Below are positions 40,046 through 50,100 of a stretch of DNA of 64,000 bases, piece after piece. The DNA is from Candidatus Cloacimonadales bacterium (GTDB lineage: Bacteria; Cloacimonadota; Cloacimonadia; Cloacimonadales; JAFGVF01). The position numbers and the translations under genes are program-made. Below the pieces are notes generated by a model. It worked only from the letters and a program-made list of their open reading frames with translations. It searched no databases and was not told where the DNA came from. The stretch covers positions 922,042 to 986,041 of the forward strand of contig CAXXOU010000001.1 of assembly GCA_963677495.2 (NCBI GenBank), given 5' to 3'. The first letter of the stretch is position 1; the number at the start of each line of letters is the position of its first letter.

Positions 40046-41710
40046 ATGAGAAAAATATATCTGATAATTAGCATAATAGTCATAAGTTTTTCTCTGCTTT
40101 CTGCAGATGAGATACGCTTAGATATTATGTCTACAAATGATGTTCATGGCGGTATAGACCGGGCAAAAGCCACATTCATGAATCCTGACTTTCCTCCTCA
40201 ACTTGGTGGTGGTGGTTCTGCTGCTAGATTGATAGAGATGGTTCGTAGTATGAGTGATGGTAAGACAAGGGATAACTTCCTTCTTGATGCCGGTGATTTC
40301 TTCCAGGGACGTCCAGTTGGAACTGTATCCAAGGGTAAAGCAGTAATTAGGTACATGAACCAAGTTGATTACGATGCATTAACTGTTGGAAATCATGAAT
40401 ATGATATTAACGATGTTGAACTTTTAGAAGCTCTTCAAATGGCAGATTTTCCTATCTTATCTTGTAATGTTGTCAATAAAGAAACCGGTGAATTAGTTCC
40501 TTATGTTGAACCATATATCATTAGAGAGAAAATGGGGATTAAGTTCGGTATTATTGGACTTACAACTACAGATACAGAGCTTATGAGTTTCCCTGAGAAT
40601 ATCAAAGGTATAGATTTCCTTGATGAGAAACAAGCTCTTAATAAATGGATTCCTATAGTTAAAGATCAAGCAGACATTATCATTGTTTTAGGTCATTTAG
40701 GTTTACCTTATGATCCTGCTTCAATGTATGAACATCGCTATGGAAAAGATATTTATAAAACCTCAGACAACCGTCGTTGGGGTTGGGATGCACAGGAACT
40801 TGCGCATGAAGTAGAAGGTATTGACCTTCTTATTGGTGGACATATCCATAAAGGTATCCCAGAACCTTGGGCTGACCCATTAACTCATACACTTGTTATG
40901 CAAGGTTATGCTTATGGTTCGAATCTCAATGTTCTAACTCTAAAGATTGATACTGATACTAAGACTATCTCAGGTTGGGAAACAATGGACGAACGTAATG
41001 GTATGTCTATTACCCTATTTGAGGATGAGTTCATTCCTGTTCCAAAGGTTGCAGAATCAATACTTGAAGATCAGAAGATAGCTGAAAAAGGAATGGATGA
41101 AGTTATTGGTGAAGCTGCTGTTTATCTCTCTAGAGAAGGTTCTGATGCTCAAAATAGAATGGGTAATCTGATAATGGATGCTATGATTGGTGTAACCAAT
41201 GCTGATTTCGCTTTCATGAATCTTGGTGGTGTACGTGGTACTATCCAGCGCGGTCCTATCACTTATCGCCAAGTGTTCACTGTTATGCCATTCGATAATC
41301 AGGTTGTGACTTTTGAATGTAAAGGTGACTTCCTTAAAGAGATTATTGAAACCAGAGTTGAAGGTGGGCGTCATGGTATGCTTGTTTCCGGTGTAAAGGT
41401 TGTTTATAGTAAGAAAAGAGATGACTTTGACCGTGTAACTAAGCTTGAGATTCAAGGTGAGCCTTGGGACCCTAATAAGACTTATACAGTTGCAACAACT
41501 GACTTCCTTATGGGTGGTAATGCAGGGCTAGCACTTCTTACTCGTGTTCCACAAGAGAAGATAAATAACTACAATGTTAACTTGCGTGATGCTATTGTGG
41601 GCTACATTAAGCAGAATACACCTATTGCTACAGATATTGATGATAGATGGATTAGAAATGACAAAGCTGTTTATTCACCTGAAATGAAGGCAGCTTTAGG
41701 AAACATGTAA
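40046..41710 (+). CDS. Secreted bifunctional metallophosphatase / 5'-nucleotidase (UshA/CpdB family)
   Basis: TNDVHG, LDAGDFFQG, VGNHEYD, LGHLG, GGHIH. C-terminal domain MGNLI.DAM, N.GGVR, MPFDN, ATTDFL.GG. Confidence 0.92.
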   Translation: MRKIYLIISIIVISFSLLSADEIRLDIMSTNDVHGGIDRAKATFMNPDFPPQLGGGGSAARLIEMVRSMSDGKTRDNFLLDAGDFFQGRPVGTVSKGKAVIRYMNQVDYDALTVGNHEYDINDVELLEALQMADFPILSCNVVNKETGELVPYVEPYIIREKMGIKFGIIGLTTTDTELMSFPENIKGIDFLDEKQALNKWIPIVKDQADIIIVLGHLGLPYDPASMYEHRYGKDIYKTSDNRRWGWDAQELAHEVEGIDLLIGGHIHKGIPEPWADPLTHTLVMQGYAYGSNLNVLTLKIDTDTKTISGWETMDERNGMSITLFEDEFIPVPKVAESILEDQKIAEKGMDEVIGEAAVYLSREGSDAQNRMGNLIMDAMIGVTNADFAFMNLGGVRGTIQRGPITYRQVFTVMPFDNQVVTFECKGDFLKEIIETRVEGGRHGMLVSGVKVVYSKKRDDFDRVTKLEIQGEPWDPNKTYTVATTDFLMGGNAGLALLTRVPQEKINNYNVNLRDAIVGYIKQNTPIATDIDDRWIRNDKAVYSPEMKAALGNM

Positions 41711-42144
41711 TGAGTAATAGGGTTAATACTATAGAAGAAGCTTTCACATTCGCGTTCAAAGAGGAACTGCGCTTTAGAGAGCTTTATAATAAACTTTATA
41801 CAATAGCTGAAGATGAGACAACTAAAGAGCTATTTAGAGAGCTTTCAGCTATGGAAGATGGACATGTCGAAAAACTTAAACTAATGTATCGAAAAAACTT
41901 TGATGGGAAGGAGCCGGTTCTCGAAACCGTCTCCACACCCGGAAACGTTGCCGGAGCCGGTGAACTTACAGTCCGCAGTGGGCTTGAATTCGCCATTATC
42001 CGTGAAGAATATGCAGCTGATCATTACTATATGATGGCTGATATGATTGATGATGCTGAAGTTTTTAACCTTCTTAATGAGCTTGCTCATGAAGAGGAAA
42101 ACCACGCAACTCTTTTAGAAAATAAACTGGAGATGCTTAACTAA
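41710..42144 (+). CDS. Ferritin-like / rubrerythrin-type di-iron protein
   Basis: A...E.....Y...F..L...E..H, repeated twice. TAATG coupling with the nucleotidase gene. Confidence 0.85.
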   Translation: MSNRVNTIEEAFTFAFKEELRFRELYNKLYTIAEDETTKELFRELSAMEDGHVEKLKLMYRKNFDGKEPVLETVSTPGNVAGAGELTVRSGLEFAIIREEYAADHYYMMADMIDDAEVFNLLNELAHEEENHATLLENKLEMLN

Positions 42145-42173
42145 GAAACCGTTATTGATTAATATATATCACT

Positions 42174-42199
42174 GAGAGACCATCCCCGGTCTCTCTTTT
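42174..42199 (+). terminator. Intrinsic terminator
   Basis: GAGAGACC-ATCCCC-GGTCTCTC-TTTT. Confidence 0.75.
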
Positions 42200-42276
42200 A
42201 GTTTGAGAATGCAATTGACAATAATGTTCTATAACTATAAATGATGATAGTTTAATAATGGAGTTAGAACTCATTT

Positions 42277-42903
42277 ATGAAGAAGTATCTTTTACTAACA
42301 ATTATTCTTACATTGTTTGGGTCAGTAGTAGCCATAGAGCATGAGTTCTGGGTAAACTTGGGCTTGAGTCATGTGAAGGCTGAAGGTGACTTTTATCGAT
42401 TACATGAAGGCGAACCTGTTAAATGCAGGAACGTTAGTACCACCAGGATATTGTTTGCTTCGCAGTTAAGGTTATTTATCTATGAGGATGCGTTTATTGG
42501 GATTGGTAACAGACTTAATGATAAAACGATCGAGTTTTTGCATGATGGTCTTGTACATGTTGATGACAAGATGGATATGCTTACAACTTTAGATATTCCT
42601 ATCGATATCTCTTATCGCTTTTTCTCAGCTTTAACAGTATCCGGTGGCTATTCGCTCTCTATTCCCATTCACTATGAACGTCTGAATGATGAATTCGACT
42701 ATGCAGATATTGAGTTAGTTAGACCAACTATGAACCTTGAGACAGCTATTTCGCTGCAATACAAAGGTATTTTTGCTGAGGTTAGATATGTCCATGAGAT
42801 GTACTCACCACTTAAACCGGATGATTATGGAAGCGATATTGTGCATAGACAGCTTTTATTCACGATGGGCTTCAGATTATTAGATAGCAGGAAGAAAGAA
42901 TGA
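42277..42903 (+). CDS. Small outer-membrane beta-barrel protein (PorT/OmpA-barrel-like)
   Basis: Signal peptide; LDIPI.I.Y, AEVRY, C-terminal LFTMGFRL. Confidence 0.6.
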   Translation: MKKYLLLTIILTLFGSVVAIEHEFWVNLGLSHVKAEGDFYRLHEGEPVKCRNVSTTRILFASQLRLFIYEDAFIGIGNRLNDKTIEFLHDGLVHVDDKMDMLTTLDIPIDISYRFFSALTVSGGYSLSIPIHYERLNDEFDYADIELVRPTMNLETAISLQYKGIFAEVRYVHEMYSPLKPDDYGSDIVHRQLLFTMGFRLLDSRKKE

Positions 42904-43556
42904 GTTGCATAAAAATGTCAGCACTAATGTTAATGATTGCTTTAGTCATACCAAACAAGTATTTACCCAAGTTTAGTTTTTGGTTGAATTATGGTGCTAA
43001 TATTACAAATGCATCAACAAGCTATTCTGAAGATAGCCATGTCCCCAAAAGCAGAACGAAAGGTTGGAGATTTAACAAGCAGTTTGGTTTTAATCTTCAG
43101 GCACAGATTATTGAAACAAAACTCTATTTTAACGCAGGTATAAGAAACACAGGGAATGCTTTATATACTGATTACCAATACTGGGATGACGATGACTTTG
43201 CTCTTATCCTTTTAAGTGTAGGTGGTTTTGAGTATCCACTTACTGTGTCGTACTTCATAAAGCCATACCTGTGCCTAGATGCCGGAATCTCTATGTATCC
43301 AAAGGTGAACAGGGGATCTGTTCACATCAATGAAGAGATTGGTAGCAAAGGAAGGTATCAAGACTCCACAAATCTGGAGTTGGCAGTAGCGTATCAACGG
43401 CAGAGCTTGCGTTATGAGTTAAGGTACCTGCAAGGTCTGACGAATGAGTACGATGATAACGTAAATGCAGAACTCTATTATAGCCAAATAATGATTAATG
43501 TTGGAATGAGATTGCTTAATTACAATCCTAAAGGACCAATGATAATCGGGTGGTAA
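42900..43556 (+). CDS. Small outer-membrane beta-barrel protein, divergent paralog of the preceding gene
   Basis: FEYPLTVSY, NLELAVAYQ, ELRYLQGLTN, MINVGMRL parallel the upstream gene. ATGA overlap. Confidence 0.6.
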   Translation: MSCIKMSALMLMIALVIPNKYLPKFSFWLNYGANITNASTSYSEDSHVPKSRTKGWRFNKQFGFNLQAQIIETKLYFNAGIRNTGNALYTDYQYWDDDDFALILLSVGGFEYPLTVSYFIKPYLCLDAGISMYPKVNRGSVHINEEIGSKGRYQDSTNLELAVAYQRQSLRYELRYLQGLTNEYDDNVNAELYYSQIMINVGMRLLNYNPKGPMIIGW

Positions 43557-43626
43557 TCTGATTATTCCTTGCAAAGATAAACTTATTGTGCATGAATGAC
43601 GCAGTATTTCCGGTAAAGGAGAGAGT

Positions 43627-44730
43627 ATGAAAAAGAGAATACTTATCGCAACAGGTGGAGGGGATTGTCCCGGTTTAAACGCAGTAATTAGAGCTATTGT
43701 TAAAAGTGCTTATCTAGATCCAAAATATGAGTGGGAAGTTCTTGGAAGTGTTGATGCGTTTAACGGAGTATTACTTGAACCAATGGAGCTGATAGAACTT
43801 ACTCCTGAGAAAGTAGCCGGAATCCATGTACAAGGAGGTACAATCCTTGGTTCAACCAACAAAGGTGGTCCTTTTGCTTGGCCAATCAAGAAACCTGATG
43901 GTACAATGGATAGTGTTGACCGTTCTGATGAGTTAATCCGCAAAATACAGATGCAGAACATTGATGCAGTAATCAATATTGGTGGTGATGGTTCACAAAG
44001 AATCTCACAGAAGCTGTTTGAGAAAGGTTTCCCTGTGATTGGAGTGCCTAAAACTATTGATAATGACCTAAACAGTACTGACTATACATTTGGTTTTCAA
44101 ACAGCAGTTGAAACAGCAACAGAAGCGCTTGATAAGTTAGTGACAACAGCTGCAAGTCATCACAGAGTACAGATTCTGGAAGTGATGGGACGTTATGCCG
44201 GTTGGATCGCTCTTAATGCAGCAGTAGCAGGTGGGGCTGAGGTGTGTCTTATTCCGGAGATTCCTTACGATGTTAACAAGGTGATTGCCCTAATTCATGA
44301 TAGAATGAACTGCCAGAAGAAGTTCGTAAACATTATTATTGCTGAAGGTGCAGTTTCAAAAGATGGTGAGTTATCAATAGATGAAGATGTTGAATTTGGA
44401 AGACATGAAGTGAAACTGGCCGGAGCAGCATTGGAGCTCAGTCAAAGGATTAAAGCTGAAGGTTATGATTATGAGATTAGAGAAACGATTCTTGGTCACT
44501 TACAACGGGGAGGAACACCGAATCCATTTGATAGAATCTTAGCTACTCAGTTTGGTGTAAAAGCATTTGAACTTGCTAAAAATGGAAAGTTTGGGCATAT
44601 GGTAGCATATAAACATCCCAATGTGGTAGATGTTCCTATCAAAGAAGCTATCGAGAAATACAATCTTGTTGATGTAGATTCTGATCTAGTAAAAACAGCA
44701 AGGATGATAGGGATTTGCCTGGGAGATTAG
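43627..44730 (+). CDS. pfkA: 6-phosphofructokinase (group III type, probably ATP-dependent)
   Basis: TGGGDCPGLN, GGTILGS, IGGDGS, PKTIDND, EVMGR, LGHLQRGG. Confidence 0.95.
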   Translation: MKKRILIATGGGDCPGLNAVIRAIVKSAYLDPKYEWEVLGSVDAFNGVLLEPMELIELTPEKVAGIHVQGGTILGSTNKGGPFAWPIKKPDGTMDSVDRSDELIRKIQMQNIDAVINIGGDGSQRISQKLFEKGFPVIGVPKTIDNDLNSTDYTFGFQTAVETATEALDKLVTTAASHHRVQILEVMGRYAGWIALNAAVAGGAEVCLIPEIPYDVNKVIALIHDRMNCQKKFVNIIIAEGAVSKDGELSIDEDVEFGRHEVKLAGAALELSQRIKAEGYDYEIRETILGHLQRGGTPNPFDRILATQFGVKAFELAKNGKFGHMVAYKHPNVVDVPIKEAIEKYNLVDVDSDLVKTARMIGICLGD

Positions 44731-46562
44731 ACTCTTCTAAGTGTTAAGGTGAACTTACTACCTTTGTTTTCCTCAGATTCCACAGAAATAGTCCCACCAT
44801 TCAACTCAGCAAACTCTTTACACAGAATCAAACCTAAACCGGTACTGGATTCTCCATCTGTTCCAATACGGCTATCAGCAATATCAATTCTGAATAGATT
44901 CTGCATTCTTTCAACATCCATTCCTATACCGCTATCAATAACTGAGATAGTAGATAAATCGTCATCTTCAACTGAAGTTCTTATTGTTATTGATCCACCG
45001 GTATTGGTGAACTTTATTGCATTAGAAATAAGGTTTCTTACTATAGTATTTGTCATCTGAACATCAGCCTTCGCAAGAACATCATTACCAAGCTGAAGAT
45101 TGAGCTTTAGCTTTTTTCTTTCGAGAGATTCTTCGAAGATTCGAATACAGCTTTGAATAAGCTCTTTTAAGTTAATAGTCTCAGGATCCGGGGCGGTTAG
45201 ACCTCTCTGAACCCTAGCCCAATGCAGAAGATTCTCGAGTAGTCTATAAAGCTTGTTTGCAGAACTGTTTAAGCTTTCTGAGAGTGATTTAATCTCAGAA
45301 ACATCCATGCTTTCTGATTGGGTACTCAATATTTCAGTAAAACCAAAGAAAGCGTTAAAAGGGCTCCTTAAGTCATGTGCTATGATTGAGAAAAACTTAT
45401 CCTTTTCAGCATATAGTTTAACAAGTTCTTTATTCTTAGCTCTTAACTCCTCATCTTGATCAAAGATGTTTGCTTCCACTATTTTACGTCTTGTTATCTC
45501 TTTTCTTAGTCTTAGATTCAGCATAATGAAAATATACAAAAGGGTGAGTACTGTTAATAGTGCTACAAGTAGTGTCGTTAAGAGTTTCCAGTGTACCCAA
45601 ATCTTATGTTCAAGCTCCTCGATATATACAAGTCCATTAGTAGTAAAGTTACTGTCTATTCTGCCTAACTTCTGATAAGTATCAAGAATGGCATTCCATC
45701 TTCCCGGATTTGAGTACCCTACCGGTACTATATTGGGAAGGATAAGCTTTTGCATCTCTTTAGCTTCAAACAAAAGATGCTCAATTGAATGCCTTTTTGA
45801 ATATTTGCTATAGATTAAATGAGCTATTTCTTTCTGGTTTTCCATTGCGTATAACCAACCCTTAAGTGATGCTTCCCTGAACTCCTTCACTAGTTCAGGG
45901 TCATCATCTACGAGTCTCTCACTTGTAAATAGTAGATCTCCATAGAAATCGATTCCTGCAGAAGCGGGATGAAGATATGTAACTTCAACTTCTTTCTGTT
46001 GAAAAGAGAAAGGTTCATCAGTTGAGTAAGATGTAATAGCATCAACTTCGTCCTTTATTAGTTTACTGTAATCATAATCATAGTCTTCAATAATACAATC
46101 ATTAAGGTCTACGCCTTCGGCTATCAGAAAAGCGATTAGTTCATCAGCTCCGGGTTCAATGGCAATTCTCTTTCCGGAAAGATCCTGAGCATAATGCAAG
46201 CCAGAATTAGCTTTAGTAATGAAAATATGAGGAGAATGCTGAAAGATTGTTGCCAGAACTACAACCTTATCACCATTTGCACGTGCGATCATAATATCAG
46301 TAGTACTGGTTCCGAACTCTGCATCTCCATCAAGAACAGTTTGAAAAGGGGTTCTTTCTGGAGTTGGGGATAATAACTGAACATTGAGACCAATATCTTT
46401 ATAAAAACCTTTTTCAATGGCAGCATAGTATCCGGCAAATTGAAACTGATGTTCCCACTTTAACTTAAGACGAATCTCTCTCAATTCATCTGAAAGCAAT
46501 GTAGTAAATGAGAGAATTAACAGTACTAGAACTAGGAAAACTTGTTTAGTCGTTATCTTCAC
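44727..46562 (-). CDS. Sensor histidine kinase with NMT1/THI5-like periplasmic binding domain
   Basis: LKWEHQFQFAGYYAAIEKGFY...GL; TM helix; IAHDLRSP, RNLISNAIKFT, DSGIGM, GLGL, G.GSKF. GTG at 46562 after AAAGGGG is preferred over the track start. Confidence 0.92.
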   Translation of the reverse strand: MKITTKQVFLVLVLLILSFTTLLSDELREIRLKLKWEHQFQFAGYYAAIEKGFYKDIGLNVQLLSPTPERTPFQTVLDGDAEFGTSTTDIMIARANGDKVVVLATIFQHSPHIFITKANSGLHYAQDLSGKRIAIEPGADELIAFLIAEGVDLNDCIIEDYDYDYSKLIKDEVDAITSYSTDEPFSFQQKEVEVTYLHPASAGIDFYGDLLFTSERLVDDDPELVKEFREASLKGWLYAMENQKEIAHLIYSKYSKRHSIEHLLFEAKEMQKLILPNIVPVGYSNPGRWNAILDTYQKLGRIDSNFTTNGLVYIEELEHKIWVHWKLLTTLLVALLTVLTLLYIFIMLNLRLRKEITRRKIVEANIFDQDEELRAKNKELVKLYAEKDKFFSIIAHDLRSPFNAFFGFTEILSTQSESMDVSEIKSLSESLNSSANKLYRLLENLLHWARVQRGLTAPDPETINLKELIQSCIRIFEESLERKKLKLNLQLGNDVLAKADVQMTNTIVRNLISNAIKFTNTGGSITIRTSVEDDDLSTISVIDSGIGMDVERMQNLFRIDIADSRIGTDGESSTGLGLILCKEFAELNGGTISVESEENKGSKFTLTLRRV

Positions 46563-46947
46563 GTCGCTTACCCCTTTATGCTTGAATATTGAGTTACATA
46601 TACTTTTAAAAGTATGCATCTATATTTGATAATGTCAACTGATTTTTTTATATTGTCGATTAACTCATAAAGGGTTAGTTCAAGATTAGTAATAACATCT
46701 AGGTAAATATCGGTGTGATTTATTGAACGCTGCATATTCCGATTTTCAGTAATTTGTAAATAAATGAAATAAGTTCCACTCAATAGCAACTCAGAAAAAT
46801 TCTTAGATGTTATAAAAACTCAATGAAAAGCTATAAATTCTCACAATAGGTTATGCAATACTAACAAATGCTATGGGGATTGAAAATCAGGTAATATACT
46901 ACTGCTAAGATAGGGGTTCAGTAAGATTACAATGCAATTAATTTTGT

Positions 46948-46976
46948 TTGACATCAGAATTTAAGAATTGTTTAAT
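46948..46976 (+). promoter_or_regulatory. Putative sigma70-type promoter
   Basis: TTGACA-17 nt-TTTAAT, about 170 bp upstream of 47146. Confidence 0.45.
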
Positions 46977-47145
46977 TGCACTGTAGTTAATGGAGACCAA
47001 AGAGGTAGGATTCTTTTCATCAAAATTAACTGGGAAGCAGTAAGCTTTTAATGATGATAAAAATGTCAAAAGGGGACTTAGCTGATTACAGCTAATAATC
47101 ATTATACAAATAGTAAATTACTAATTCCATACAAGGAGTTTCCGT

Positions 47146-50100
47146 ATGAAACAACTCTCAATTTTGCTGTTATTGTTTTTGGTAACAGCCTGTCTTTTTG
47201 CTGATGGAACCAACACACATGTTGGGGCTCCATTAGTAGATGCATTGCCTTACACAGATACAGGTGATCTGGTAGACAATACAAATGATAATAATGACAG
47301 ATACCGTGACGAATGGTGGGAAATAACACCTGTTATTGACCTAACAAATGTCGATATTCATCCTGTTTATGATGGATGGGATGGCTATCTCTTTGTCTAC
47401 GACGCAAATCTTGTTCAATTAGCTTTTGATGATGATGGTCCAGGGGGAACAGCTGACTCACAAATCATTATGGACATGACTGCTGGTGAGACATACTATA
47501 TTGTTGTTGATGAATATTCTTCAGCTACAGGCAATCGTACTTTCACCTTAAACATCTCTTCTCCGGATTATTCTGGTCCTATTTCAGATGCTGATGCACC
47601 GGGTCAGTGCGAAAATCCATTCCCTGCAGTCAATGCGATTAACGTTCCTTTGGATGCAACTTTGACTTGGGATTTTGGTGCAAACACAGAGACGTATGAC
47701 TTGTTCTTTGATTCGGTTTACCCACCTGTAAATCAGGTTGTTACAGGAGGAACTGCCGGTGCAACCGGTTCATATACTCCAACCGGTATGCAGAACGCTT
47801 CCTACTACTATTGGAAAGTTGTATCGCATAACTCAATCACAACAACTGCAACTTCTACAAGTTTCTATTTCCAAACTGATTTAGGAGCAAATATTGTTCA
47901 GATTGGTAGTGGTGTTGATACAAATCTGCATTTACCAATAGAACCTTATAACCATTACACCTATTCTCAGACTATTTATTTGCAATCTGAGATTAATATG
48001 GTATCTCAGCGCATTGAGAAAGTTTATTACCACTACACAGGTGGTGGCTCTCTTGCAAATAGTACTGATTGGACTATTTGGATGGGACATACAACTGCCT
48101 CAAACTTCATGTTTGGTAATGGTTGGGAGTCTCAGAGTTCTCTAACTCAAGTTTATGATGGCATGATAACTCCTACAATGGGGGAAGGTTGGATAGAGAT
48201 TGTCCTTCAGACACCATTTGTTTATAATAATTCTGACAACCTTGTAATCGCTATTTTGGAAGATGCACCTGATCGTGCAACAACCAACGAAGATTTCTAT
48301 TGTGAAACTGTAGCAACAACAAGATCCCTTTCATATTATGATAACACAACAGTTCCTGATCCGTTAAACCCATCGGATGGTGAGTTGTTAATGAGTATTC
48401 CGGAAACACGTCTTTTCTTTGACGCACTTCCAACTACTCCTGAGCTTTCTTACAATCCTTCTACTTGGGATTTCGGAACATTATTCTGTGATACAGCTTC
48501 AACTCCACTTCCTTGTACTGCTCAGAATACAGGTACCGGTACATTAAACATTCAATCAGTTGTATTAGATGATGAAGTTAATTTCAGCCTTGTTGATAAT
48601 AACACATATCCTATGGCTCTTAACTCAGCTGAATCTATGAACTTTGATGTTGTTTTCAATCCAATTGATGAGGGTGATTTAACTGGTACTGTAACAATCA
48701 CTGATGATACTCGTCAAACTTATACTATGACATTTACAGGACATGGCTTCCAGGCTACTGTTAGCACATACCCTTATGCTCAAACTTTTGATGATGCAAC
48801 ATTGCCAATTGAATGGACAATTGATCCGGTTGTTGCCGGCGATAGCTGGGAAGTTGCAAACAGTGATATTGGTGGACATGGTGCAGATACAGACGCAACC
48901 GGTAATTTCGGTTACTGGATGGTTGTTGATGATTCAAGTCCTGAAACTGTTCCGGCACATCTTTATTCTCCTCCATTCGATATGACTGCACTTACAAATC
49001 CACTACTTACTTTTAACTATTGGATTGGTGATAATGCTAATACATCAACTCTCAATATTGATGTAATTGTTGATGGAGTCACTACTACAGATGTAGCAGT
49101 TGTACAAGAACCTAACGGTTCAACTGCTTGGACATATACTGAAGTTTCATTAGCTGCTTATGCTGGTCAAACTATCATGCTTGACTTCAGAGCAATGGAA
49201 TCTGATAGTTTCTATGGTGATATTTGTATTGATGATGTCGCAATCTTCGATAACTCAATGCCACCTGCAGCGACTACATTAATCGCTCCTACTGATGCAG
49301 AAGCAGGTGTACCTATGACAGGAACACTTAGTTGGCTGCTTGCACAGGGTGCTTCTGGGTATTACGTATCTTTAGGTACAGATAACCCACCTACAGATGT
49401 ACATAACATGGCTGATGCAGGTAATAGTCTTACTTTCGACTATGCATCATTAGCTGCCGGAACTACTTACTACTGGCAGGTTGTACCTTATAACCCTAAC
49501 GGTTCAGCACCTAACTGTCCGGTTTGGTCATTTACAACATTCAATGATATTCCTAATCCGGCAACATTGGTTAGTCCTGACATTGGAGCTACTTACCAAA
49601 ACATCTACCCAACACTTGTTTGGGCTGATGGTGGTAACTTCCCTGATGGTTATAAAATCAATCTTGGAACAGATAATCCACCTACAGATGTTTATCAGAA
49701 CCATGATGTTGGTTTTGTTACAACCTTTGTTAGTGATATTGAATTAGCTCCTCAAACAACTTATTACTGGCAGGTTGTTCCTTATAACTTTGTTGGTGAT
49801 GCTCAAAACTGTCCGGTTTGGAACTTTATTACAGCACCTGATGGTTTGGTTGTTGTAGGAGGTGGTACAGAGATTAACCATCACTTACCAATTGAACCTT
49901 ACTATGGTTATTCATATTCTCAATCAATTTATCTGCAAAGTGACCTGAATGTTCAGGGGCAGCAGATTGAAAGTATTCTCTATTATTATAATGGTGGAGC
50001 TACTCTCAATAATAGCTATGATTGGGTAATTTATATGGGTCATACAACCGAAAGCCAGATTAACGGTACTGACGGTTGGATTCCAATAGACCAGCTTACT

